Shown: piece after piece, positions 13,382 through 24,053 of the stretch
Position numbering within the stretch: the stretch's first letter is position 1
How the letters are laid out: each line of letters begins with the position of its first letter
NCBI GenBank assembly: GCA_951406725.2
Contig: OX597816.1
Coordinates: 2,666,001 to 2,730,000, forward strand
Origin: Octopus vulgaris
Taxonomy: Eukaryota
Direction of reading: 5' to 3'
Length of the DNA: 64,000 nt
Translations under genes and position numbers: made by a program
Notes under the pieces: model-generated
Told to the model about the DNA's origin: nothing
Databases searched by the model: none
Seen by the model: only the letters and a program-made list of their open reading frames with translations

Positions 13382-14398
13382 GTTTAATGTCCGTTGTCCA
13401 TGCTGGCATGGGTTGGACAATTTGACTGAGGTCAGGAAAGCCAGTGGCTGTACCGAGCCCCAATCTGATCTGGCAATGTTTCTACAGCTGGATGCCCTTC
13501 CTAACGCCAACCACTCTAAGAGTGTAGTGGGGGCTTTTCACATGCGTATGTGTGTGTGTGTGTATATGTATCTATACACACACACACACACACACATATA
13601 TACAAAACATATGATGGGTTGTGTTTTTGTTTCTGTCCATTAGATCAACTTATAAGGCTTTGGTAGGCCTAGGGCTACAGCAGAAGACACTTTCTCTGGG
13701 TGCCACACGGTGGGACTGAACCTGAAACCATGTGATTGGGACACCATGCCAAAGCAGAGGATTGGAACTGAACACAATCCTCTGCTTCATCAGATCCTGT
13801 TGGATTGTTCAGCTCATGCCAAAAAGGAAGACAAATGTTAAATGCTGCTGCTGCTGCTGCTGATGATGATGATTATTATTAAGTGAGAGAGCAGTGCATG
13901 CCATCAAAGTGACACTGGGGTAAAATATACGAAGCCCAATATACCCATCATGACTACCCGTCTGATAAGGGTACACCAGGCACATGCATCACAACCATAT
14001 GTGCGTGACATGGTGATCTCATATCAAGATAAACAGCACATGACCTTGCAGGTGGGGCCCAGTTAGAATTTTCTTCAGGTTGAGTAGCCCATCCCGCTCA
14101 AAAGGTCCCTGAATAAGGGTTGTTTAAGGATGTTGAAAGAACCACCCATGTTTCCAAAGGTGAATTATTCAAACCCCAAAGAATCCCTCTCAACACATGG
14201 CTATGATGCTCTCCCACTACTTCTGCTCGTGATCAGAGATGCACATATCGTCAACCACTAAAGGACATGCTCAACTGGTTAAGGTCAAACAACTGACAAG
14301 CAAATCTGTGGTATTGAGCAGAATATTTGCTGTAGCCCATCTTTTATACCAAAACAAGACAACGTACATGATAACACTTCCAATCAGTTAAGATCAGA

Positions 14399-14432
<34 letters not shown>

Positions 14433-14553
14433 GTGTGAGATGTATTCTTAATAAGATTACAATTTGTTGGATTATTAATTTTATCTTTGACTGTGAAAAC
14501 AGATTTTTGGTTTTTCCCTTTAAAATTTTCTTTTCCATTTTATTGCTTTCCAG

Positions 14554-14635
14554 GGAAAGGTGTGGAAATGTTGCCCAGCAAACCAGACCCACCACAACCC
14601 CAATATGTCTTGAAAAACAATTCCAGAAAAGAAGA
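14554..14635 (+). CDS. PPIL4: PPIL4 exon G
   Basis: long pyrimidine tract then ccag|GG; (G)KGVEMLPSKPDPPQPQYVLKNNSRKE(E); ends at GA|GTATCCTTT; phases fit exons F and H. Confidence 0.85.
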
Positions 14636-15703
14636 GTATCCTTTCAAAACAATTCTGACCCTAATCTTGACCATTAATTCTTTTTTTTAGTTTGCTTCTC
14701 AAACACTGCGTTTGATTTACTCTTTGTTCTTGTCTAAACCAGTAGCGTTTGGAAAGCCTTGGGGACAACTTTGGGTCCTCTTTCTGAAGTTTATGGCAGT
14801 TTGGTATTTGTGCCAAAGTGTCTTCAAGAACACACACACACACACACACTGCCCCCCTCTCTCTATTTTTCAGTTCCCAATCCACCTGCAAGGCTTTGCT
14901 TGGCCCGAGGCTATAGTAGAAGACACTTGCCCAAGGTTCCACGCAGTGGGACTGAACCTGGATCCCCATTGCTGGGAAGCAACTATACTTGCACCCAAGT
15001 GAATGGTATAATTGACCAAACCAGTTCCTCTCCCCTGGGCTCTTCCATTCATGGTTTTAGCTGCAATGCTGGCTTCATCATAATTTTGACCACTACACCA
15101 TGTTTGGCTGCTGGTCACTGCTTCTGCAGATTATAGTTAGCCCAAGGTCATTTCTCAATGAATAGAACTTATGATCAAAGATATTCCAACCATGACCATC
15201 CTGTCTTATTTCCAGATGTAAATCCAATGTACCTTCCCATTCTAAAGAAGGTAGAGTATAATCTGAGTGAGACTCAGCTGCTATTTCTTGCAATCTTGAA
15301 TGAATACATAGAACAGCAGTTCTCACCTGTGGATCCCAGGGCCTCATGTGGCCCATAAACATCTTTCCAGCGGCCCCTGATAGTTTTTCCTCTTGAAATA
15401 TAAGAAATTCTTCTTTAGTTGACTTGGGTTTTCCTGTTTTTGGTGTGTGTCCCCTAAAACAAAATCCAGGTTTTGGATCTGAATGGGGACGGCTGATGTA
15501 GAAGCTCAACCGTTGGCTTCTGCTCCATGTTACGTGAGAACATGGGTCACCAAAGACAAAGTAATACCATTCTGTTACCATTCTCTTCATGAATAACTCT
15601 ATTCCAAAGAAATCCTCATTCTCTCCTTACACAACTTGGTTCTTCACCCCAAGGGGTTGGGTCTTTGTCACTCGTTATCGTTTCTCTTTTTCCTTAATAT
15701 CAG
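14636..15703 (+). other. U12-type (minor spliceosome) GT-AG intron of PPIL4
   Basis: 5' end GTATCCTTT matches the U12 donor consensus RTATCCTTT; TTTTCCTTAAT branch-site consensus at ~15688-15698 just before CAG at 15701-15703; joining keeps the reading frame. Confidence 0.8.
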
Positions 15704-15887
15704 AAAAAAATATGAACTTGTCCTGGAGGATGATGACCTTGATGCGGAACTTGAAGCAGCTCAGGTGAAGAAGGACAAGAAGAAGAAGAAGAAGAAGAAG
15801 AAAAAGCACAAGAGGAAACACAAAAAACAGAAGAAGCAGGATGAGAGCGACAGCGATCAGTCGGCATCCAGTGAGAAAGCGTGGAAG
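15704..15887 (+). CDS. PPIL4: PPIL4 exon H (Lys-rich segment)
   Basis: KKYELVLEDDDLDAELEAAQVKKDKKKKKKKKKKHKRKHKKQKKQDESDSDQSASSEKAWK, ending AAG|gtaggg (phase 0); KYELVL resembles PPIL4 KYDLIL. Confidence 0.82.
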
Positions 15888-18800
15888 GTAGGGAAGGAAA
15901 TGACAAGGCTACTCTCTGACCCAGGGGAATTTGGGAGTGGGGGGTCAAACCTTGGCAGCCAGTGAGAAAGCGTGGAAGGTAGGGAAGGAAATGACAAGGC
16001 TACTCTCTGACCCAGGGGGATTTGGGAGTGGGGGGGGTCAAACCTTGGCAGCCAGTGAGAAAGCGTGGAAGGTAGGGAAGGAAATCACAAGGCTACTCTC
16101 TGACCCAGGGGGATTTGGGAGTGGGGGTCAAACCTTGGCAGCCAGTGAGAAAGCGTGGAAGGTAGGGAAGGAAATGACAAGGCTACTCTCTGACCCAGGG
16201 GGATTTGGGAGTGGGGGGTCAAACCTTGGCATCCAGTGAGAAAGCGTGGAAGGTAGGGAAGGAAATGACAAGGCTACTCTCTGACCCAGGGGGATTTGGG
16301 AGTGGGTGGGGGGTCAAACCTTGGCAGCCAGTGAGAAAGCGTGGAAGGTAGGGAAGGAAATGACAAGGCTACTCTCTGACCCAGGGGGATTTGGGAGTGG
16401 GGGGGGGGTCAAACCTTGGCAGCCAGTGAGAAAGCGTGGAAGGTAGGGAAGGAAATCACAAGGCTACTCTCTGACCCAGGGGGATTTGGGAGTGGGGGTC
16501 AAACCTTGGCAGCCAGTGAGAAAGCGTGGAAGGTAGGGAAGGAAATGACAAGGCTACTCTCTGACCCAGGGGGATTTGGGAGTGGGGGGGTCAAACCTTG
16601 GCATCCAGTGAGAAAGCGTGGAAGGTAGGGAAGGAAATGACAAGGCTACTCTCTGACCCAGGGGGATTTGGGAGTGGGGGGTCAAACCTTGGCATCCAGT
16701 GAGAAAGCGTGGAAGGTAGGGAAGGAAATGACAAGGCTACTCTCTGACCCAGGGGGATTTGGGAGTGGGGGGTCAAACCTTGGCATCCAGTGAGAAAGCG
16801 TGGAAGGTAGGGAAGGAAATGACAAGGCTACTCTCTGACCCAGGGGAATTTGGGAGTGGGGGGGTCAAACCTTGGCAGCCAGTGAGAAAGCGTGGAAGGT
16901 AGGGAAGGAAATGACAAGGCTACTCTCTGACCCAGGGGAATTTGGGAGTGGGGGGTCAAACCTTGGCAGCCAGTGAGAAAGCGTGGAAGGTAGGGAAGGA
17001 AATGACAAGGCTACTCTCTGACCCAGGGGAATTTGGGAGTGGGGGGTCAAACCTTGGCATCCAGTGAGAAAGCGTGGAAGGTAGGGAAGGAAATCACAAG
17101 GCTACTCTCTGACCCAGGGGAATTTGGGAGTGGGGGGTCAAACCTTGGCAGCCAGTGAGAAAGCGTGGAAGGTAGGGAAGGAAATGACAAGGCTACTCTC
17201 TGACCCAGGGGAATTTGGGAGTGGGGGTCAAACCTTGGCAGCCAGTGAGAAAGCGTGGAAGGTAGGGAAGGAAATGACAAGGCTACTCTCTGACCCAGGG
17301 GAATTTGGGAGTGGGGGTCAAACCTTGGCAGCCAGTGAGAAAGCGTGGAAGGTAGGGAAGGAAATCACAAGGCTACTCTCTGACCCAGGGGAATTTGGGA
17401 GTGGGGGGTCAAACCTTGGCAGCCAGTGAGAAAGCGTGGAAGGTAGGGAAGGAAATCACAAGGCTACTCTCTGACCCAGGGGAATTTGGGAGTGGGGGGT
17501 CAAACCTTGGCAGCCAGTGAGAAAGCGTGGAAGGTAGGGAAGGAAATGACAAGGCTACTCTCTGACCCAGGGGAATTTGGGAGTGGGGTGTCAAACCTTG
17601 GCATCCAGTGAGAAAGCGTGGAAGGTAGGGAAGGAAATCACAAGGCTACTCTCTGACCCAGGGGGATTTGGGAGTGGGGGGTCAAACCTTGGCAGCCAGT
17701 GAGAAAGCGTGGAAGGTAGTGAAGGAAATGACAAGGCTACTCTCTGACCCAGGGGAATTTGGGAGTGGGGGTCAAACCTTGGCAGCCAGTGAGAAAGCGT
17801 GGAAGGTAGGGAAGGAAATCACAAGGCTACTCTCTGACCCAGGGGGATTTGGGAGTGGGGGGTCAAACCTTGGCAGCCAGTGAGAAAGCGTGGAAGGTAG
17901 GGAAGGAAATGACAAGGCTACTCTCTGACCCCGGGGAATTTGGGAGTGGGGGGTCAAACCTTGGCAGCCAGTGAGAAAGCGTGGAAGGTAGGGAAGGAAA
18001 TCACAAGGCTACTCTCTGACCCAGGGGAATTTGGGAGTGGGGGGTCAAACCTTGGCATTCAGTGAGAAAGCGTGGAAGGTAGGGAAGGAAATGACAAGGC
18101 TACTCTCTGACCCAGGGGGATTTGGGAGTGGGGGTCAAACCTTGGCAGCCAGTGAGAAAGCGTGGAAGGTAGGGAAGGAAATGACAAGGCTACTCTCTGA
18201 CCCAGGGGAATTTGGGAGTGGGGGTCAAACCTTGGCAGCCAGTGAGAAAGCGTGGAAGGTAGGGAAGGAAATCACAAGGCTACTCTCTGACCCAGGGGGA
18301 TTTGGGAGTGGGGTGTCAAACCTTGGCAGCCAGTGAGAAAGCGTGGAAGGTAGGGAAGGAAATGACAAGGCTACTCTCTGACCCAGGGGAATTTGGGAGT
18401 GGGGGTCAAACCTTGGCAGCCAGTGAGAAAGCGTGGAAGGTAGGGAAGGAAATCACAAGGCTACTCTCTGACCCAGGGGGATTTGGGAGTGGGGGGTCAA
18501 ACCTTGGCAGCCAGTGAGAAAGCGTGGAAGGTAGGGAAGGAAATGACAAGGCTACTCTCTGACCCAGGGGGATTTGGGAGTGGGGGGTCAAACCTTGGCA
18601 TCCAGTGAGAAAGCGTGGAAGGTAGGGAAGGAAATGACAAGGCTACTCTCTGACCCAGGGGGATTTGGGAGTGGGGGGTCAAACCTCGGCATCCAGTGAG
18701 AAAGCGTGGAAGGTAGGGAAGGAAATCACAAGGCTACTCTCTGACCCAGGGGAATTTGGGAGTGGGGGTCAAACCTTGGCAGCCAGTGAGAAAGCGTGGA

Positions 18801-19596
18801 AGGTAGGGAAGGAAATGACAAGGCTACTCTCTGACCCAGGGGAATTTGGGAGTGGGGGTCAAACCTTGGCATCCAGTGAGAAAGCGTGGAAGGTAGGGAA
18901 GGAAATGACAAGGCTACTCTCTGACCCAGGGGGATTTGGGAGTGGGGGGTCAAACCTCGGCATCCAGTGAGAAAGCGTGGAAGGTAGGGAAGGAAATGAC
19001 AAGGCTACTCTCTGACCCAGGGGAATTTGGGAGTGGGGGTCAAACCTTGGCATCCAGTGAGAAAGCGTGGAAGGTAGGGAAGGAAATCACAAGGCTACTC
19101 TCTGACCCAGGGGGATTTGGGAGTGGGGGTCAAACCTTGGCAGCCAGTGAGAAAGCGTGGAAGGTAGGGAAGGAAATCACAAGGCTACTCTCTGACCCAG
19201 GGGGATTTGGGAGTGGGGGTCAAACCTTGGCAGCCAGTGAGAAAGCGTGGAAGGTAGGGATGGAAATCACAAGGCTACTCTCTGACCCAGGGGGATTTGG
19301 GAGTGGGGGGTCAAACCTTGGCAGCCAGTGAGAAAGCGTGGAAGGTAGGGAAGGAAATCACAAGGCTACTCTCTGACCCAGGGGGATTTGGGAGTGGGGG
19401 GTCAAACCTTGGCAGCCAGTGAGAAAGCGTGGAAGGTAGGGAAGGAAATCACAAGGCTACTCTCTGACCCAGGGGAATTTGGGAGTGGGGGGGTCAAACC
19501 TCGGCAGCCAGTGAGAAAGCGTGGAAGGTAGGGAAGGAAATCACAAGGCTACTCTCTGACCCAGGGGGATTTGGGAGTGGGGGGGGGTCAAACCTC
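15863..19596 (+). repeat. Minisatellite, ~41 copies of a 90-95 bp unit spanning the exon H 5' splice site
   Basis: unit GGCA(G/T)CCAGTGAGAAAGCGTGGAAG|GTAGGGAAGGAAAT(G/C)ACAAGGCTACTCTCTGACCCAGGGG(A/G)ATTTGGGAGT(G)nTCAAACCT(T/C); 41 copies counted by eye. Confidence 0.97.
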
Positions 19597-19834
19597 AGCC
19601 TCTCTGGCTTATTTAACCCTTCACCGAGGTTCCTGAGCAGAAAATATTAAATAGTTGCACACACAGCACAAGAATCACTAAAAAACTCAGGAGAATAACA
19701 ATAATAGGCCTTTCTCTCAACTACCATATTTTTTCACCCAAATCGCTACTTTTCTCATCATTTTCACCAGGTTGATTGTGTGAATCATTCTCATTGTCTG
19801 TGTAAGAGGGAAGTCTTTGTCAGAGGAATACATT

Positions 19835-19997
19835 TTTGCCAACATAACATGGCAGTCCTGGTTTAAGACGAATGTTGCTGTAATTTAGCCCCAGGAGACA
19901 CAGATTGTGTCGTATAGCCAGCTGGAGACGATTTCTCCTGGGGCTAAATTACAGCAACATTCGTCCTAAACCAGGACTGCTATGTTATGTTGGCAAA
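19835..19997. repeat. 64-bp inverted repeat with 35-nt spacer (MITE-like hairpin) in a PPIL4 intron
   Basis: arms 19835-19898 and 19934-19997, two mismatches. Confidence 0.9.
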
Positions 19998-21002
19998 TAA
20001 TCTTTGCTCCAAAGTACTGTTGCTGAATATCTCTTGTGAGATTTTTAAAAAATAGTAATTTTCTGAAGAATAAATGTCGTAACTATAAAAGAGTCTAAGC
20101 ATTGCTCTTTTATCAGACAAAATGCTGGGTTTGTTCCAGGCTTGTTTCATTCTGAAAATCCGTTTTTCTCAATTAAAAACAAAAGTCAATTATGGCTCGT
20201 GGGTGGGCACCATTAACAATGAGTCATATCCACACTTGTCTCCAAAGCTACAACGTGATTGGTTGTTTGGTTTGAGAATTTCATCTTCTTTTCCTACATG
20301 TGTGGTTCATTGCTTCTTAAACAGGAATCTGGCTGAGATTATGACGTTTAGTCTATTCTTGCTATGCTGAGAACTTGGAGCTACAGGGTTAAGATTTTAG
20401 TTATGTTACTTGTGTGTATGTGTGTGTGTGTGTGTGCGTGCGTGAGTGTATGTGTGTAGGTGTCATCATCTTCATCATTGTTTGACGTCCTCTTTCCATG
20501 CTGACATGGTTCAGACAGTTCGACTGAGGACTAGTGAGCCAGAAGGCTGCACCAGGCTCCAATCTGATCTGGCAAGGTTTCTACAGCTGGATGCCCTTCC
20601 TAATGCCAACCACTCCAATGACAGCACTCACTACACTCTCGGAGTGGTTGACGTTAGTAAGGGCATCCAGCTGTAGAAACCTTGCCAGATCAGATTGGAG
20701 CCTGGTGCAGCCTTCTGGCTCACCAGTCTTCAGTCAAACCGTCCAACTCATGCCAGCATGGAAAGTGGACGTTAAATGATGACGATGATTGGTTAAGGTC
20801 GTGGGGGTGTTTTATGTCTGTGTATGGTGTGTAATGTATGAAAATTTAAATTATATTCCAGCAGATCTGTCAAAGCACTGACTGCAGTTACAGGTAATCA
20901 CAGCAAACTAAAGGTGGAAAAAGATGGTAGTAGCTTCTCTGTTTTTTCTTTTTTTTTTAATTTTTGCTTATGTCATTTCAAACTTTTATTTATTCTTTAT
21001 AG

Positions 21003-21338
21003 AAAGCTTCCAAATCAAAACATGAAGATAAATCCAGCGCATCTGTTATCCATCTTGAGAAACGAAGGAAATTGTCATCAGCGTCTCCTGAACCCATCAA
21101 AGGAAAATCTCACGCCAGCAGTGAAGAAAATTCTAGAGAAATTAGTCGTAGCCGTTCTCCAATTTCTCGTTCACAGAATCGTGCCAATCGCAGTGATCGT
21201 AGAAGCTGTTCGCCTGATTCGAAGAGGCGCTCACCTGATCTGAAACGGGCCAGAGATTCTGACAGAGTTTCTAAAGACCGTTCTCGAGAAAAGGATCGCA
21301 AAAGTAGCAAATCTGATGTGAGACATTCAAAAAAATAA
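21003..21338 (+). CDS. PPIL4: PPIL4 terminal exon I (Arg/Ser-rich tail)
   Basis: strong T-rich tract then tatag|AAA; KASKSKHEDKSS...SRSRSPISRSQNRANRSDRRSCSPDSKRRSPDLKRARDSDR...KK-TAA; phase 0 matches the exon H donor. Confidence 0.85.
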   Translation, partial: KASKSKHEDKSSASVIHLEKRRKLSSASPEPIKGKSHASSEENSREISRSRSPISRSQNRANRSDRRSCSPDSKRRSPDLKRARDSDRVSKDRSREKDRKSSKSDVRHSKK

Positions 21339-21459
21339 TTCCACTTTCTAAAAAAATATTTTTTACATTAATTTTTAAAAATTCATTTCAAATGAAACAT
21401 CAAATCATGAAGTAAAAGTTACATCATTTTTCTTGTTTGTTTATTCTTTTATTATGTGT

Positions 21460-21849
21460 GTTGTTGTTGTTGTTGTTTGTTTGTTTGTTGAGTGAAGCGG
21501 TCTTCATCCTGTAGTGGGAGAAGTCCGAAACGTGGTCCTTTGCTATTCGTAAGACTCGCAGAAGAGAAAGCAGGTCAATCCCCGACACCGAGAGCATCGA
21601 CGGATGGATGAAAGCGCATCCAGGCTCAGCGGTTGCGTAGGAAGTCGGGGACAAGAAACAGGAAGAAAGAGTGAGAGAAAGTTGGAGCAAAAGAGTACAA
21701 CAGGGGTCGCCACCACCCTCTGCCGGAACCTTGTGGAGCTTTAGGTGTTTTCGGTCAATAAACACACACAACACCCGGTCTGGGAATCGAAACCGTGATC
21801 ATCCGACCGCGAGTCCGCTGCCCTAACCACTGGGCCATTGCGCCTCCAC
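21460..21849 (-). mobile_element. tRNA-derived SINE just 3' of the PPIL4 stop codon
   Basis: head is the reverse complement of GTGGAGGCGCAATGGCCCAGTGGTTAGGGCAGCGGACTCGCGGTCGG...GGTTTCGATTCCCAGACCGGG; (CAA)n tail. Confidence 0.8.
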
Positions 21850-22288
21850 TTGTTATTGCAATGGTTGCGTGAATGTCTTTGATTTCGTGTTTGTTTTGAA
21901 TTCATCTCCCTTCAGAATCAAGTTTACCTTTCATTCACCTGGCTTGAGAATGATGTGACAAACCTTCCTCAAGGAGATTCATCATCATTCATTATCCATC
22001 CACATCATTTAGTTTCCAGTTGGATGGTCAGAGAGGATCTGACCTGTCCAAGGACTGCACTGTGCTCCACCTGTCTACTTTGAAATGGTTTCTGCATCTG
22101 GAAACCCTTCCAATTCCAACCACTTTTCAACCTGCACTGGGTGCCCTTTTTTTGTGGTACCAAAAGTAATGAAATCACCAATTAACCTGCTTGACCAAGA
22201 ACCCCCTTGAGTGGGGTTGCATTAAAGGGAAGCAGCTTAATGTCAGGGTATGATGGGACATGTCTTTGTTTTCTTATTATATATATCA

Positions 22289-22618
22289 TCATTGTTCGAC
22301 TGTGGTTGAGACAATGGAATTTACCATGCTATGCCAGACCTCACGGTCCATCATGGCATTACGGAGGTCCTGTTGCTGGATGCCTGTATCCCTGGAGATT
22401 ACATCAGGGTAGGAGAATGTGCGCCCTCTGGTATCGCGAGCAGATGGCTTCCAGAGGAGAAGAGTAGAAATTACCTCGTTTTCAGCTCTACAACAATGTC
22501 CAACAAACTGGAATCTTCTACCTTTCACAAGAGATGATACAGGTGGTAATTTCCCATATATTTGTACTTTGGTTGGATGACGCTTCCACGAGAGATTTTG
22601 AGCTCTCATAAGGAGGCG
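22289..22618 (-). mobile_element. 3' end of a LINE (RTE-like), 5'-truncated
   Basis: ORF ...NLSWKRHPTKVQIYGKLPPVSSLVKGRRFQFVGHCCRAENEVISTLLLWKP..RGR..AMMDREVW; short (TGA)n tail. Confidence 0.7.
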
Positions 22619-23319
22619 AGTTTTCTATTCTGCCATGGGTTGTAGAGTTTGACAGGATCTGACATGTCCAGGAACTGCATTCTGCTCCACCTGTCTGTAT
22701 TGGTGGGGAATCTATGGCTGAAGGACAAATTTAAGGGAATTTATTTCAAAACCCACGATAATCCTCATACAAAGGGAGTTTCTATGATTATTGTTGCTGT
22801 TATTTGTCCAAGGTATACAGATTAGGTGGCCAATTGACAGAGTTGTTTGAGTGTCAGAGGAATTGTTTTGAATTTCTGCACTTTGAGTTCAAATCCTGTT
22901 GAGGTCAAACTTTATCTTTTATCCTTCCTGGGGTGATAGAGAATTAGTTTTTCACTGGAGTCAGTTCTTTGTCTCTGCATAAGAAATCAACTCTTGTCAA
23001 ACCTGCTGAGAGCAATGGACTCTGCCAGGCGTAAATCTACTCAACACACACGTCACGGGGCCACTGCTGCCCTTCAGCTCCATCAGATGCGGATGCGACT
23101 CTCTTCTATGTTCCAGCCCAAAGGCTGTGGCCATGCTGGGGTACCATCATTATTCTTTTATTCTTTTACTTGTTTCAGTCAATTGACTGTGGCCATGCTG
23201 GAGCACTGCCTTTTAGTTGAACAAATCGATCCCAGGACTTATTCTTTTGCCGAACCATTATAAATACACCAACATTGGTTGTCAAGCGATGGTAGGAGGA
23301 CAAATACAGACACCCAAAT

Positions 23320-23584
<265 letters not shown>

Positions 23585-23971
23585 CGGGAAGGTTTACGAA
23601 AATAAACAAAAGACGAAGGCATGTGGAGTACAAACAAACAAATGTATTAGTATGGCGCTCAGGAATATAAATAGAACAAGTCTTTTACGTTTCGAGCTTA
23701 CGCTCTTTGACAGAAAGATACACAGAAAAAAAAGGAGAGAAAAAATGCGCGTAGGAGCTAACGATCTATCATGGCGTTCATATATATATATATATATACA
23801 CACCACAGACTTCTTTCAATTTCTGTCTACCAAATCCACTTACAAGACTTTTGTTGGCCCGAGGCTATTGTAGAAGACACTTGTTCAAGGTGCCACAGAG
23901 TGGGACTGAACCCAGAACCATGTGATTATGAAGGAAGCTTCTTACCAGTTGCACACCACTCCTGTAGTTTA

Positions 23972-24053
23972 TCAATACAGATAAGCATTTAAATCGAATA
24001 CATTTTTCTTTTTAAAGAAAAATGTATTTGATTTAAATGCTTATCTGTATTGA
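23972..24053. repeat. Near-perfect 82-bp palindrome
   Basis: TCAATACAGATAAGCATTTAAATCGAATACATTTTTCTTT-TT-AAAGAAAAATGTATTTGATTTAAATGCTTATCTGTATTGA. Confidence 0.9.

Noticed and set aside
15863-19596. CRISPR-like array, or a separate repeat-protein gene
   Set aside because: No unique spacers, eukaryotic context, and frequent frameshifts; it is a tandem minisatellite
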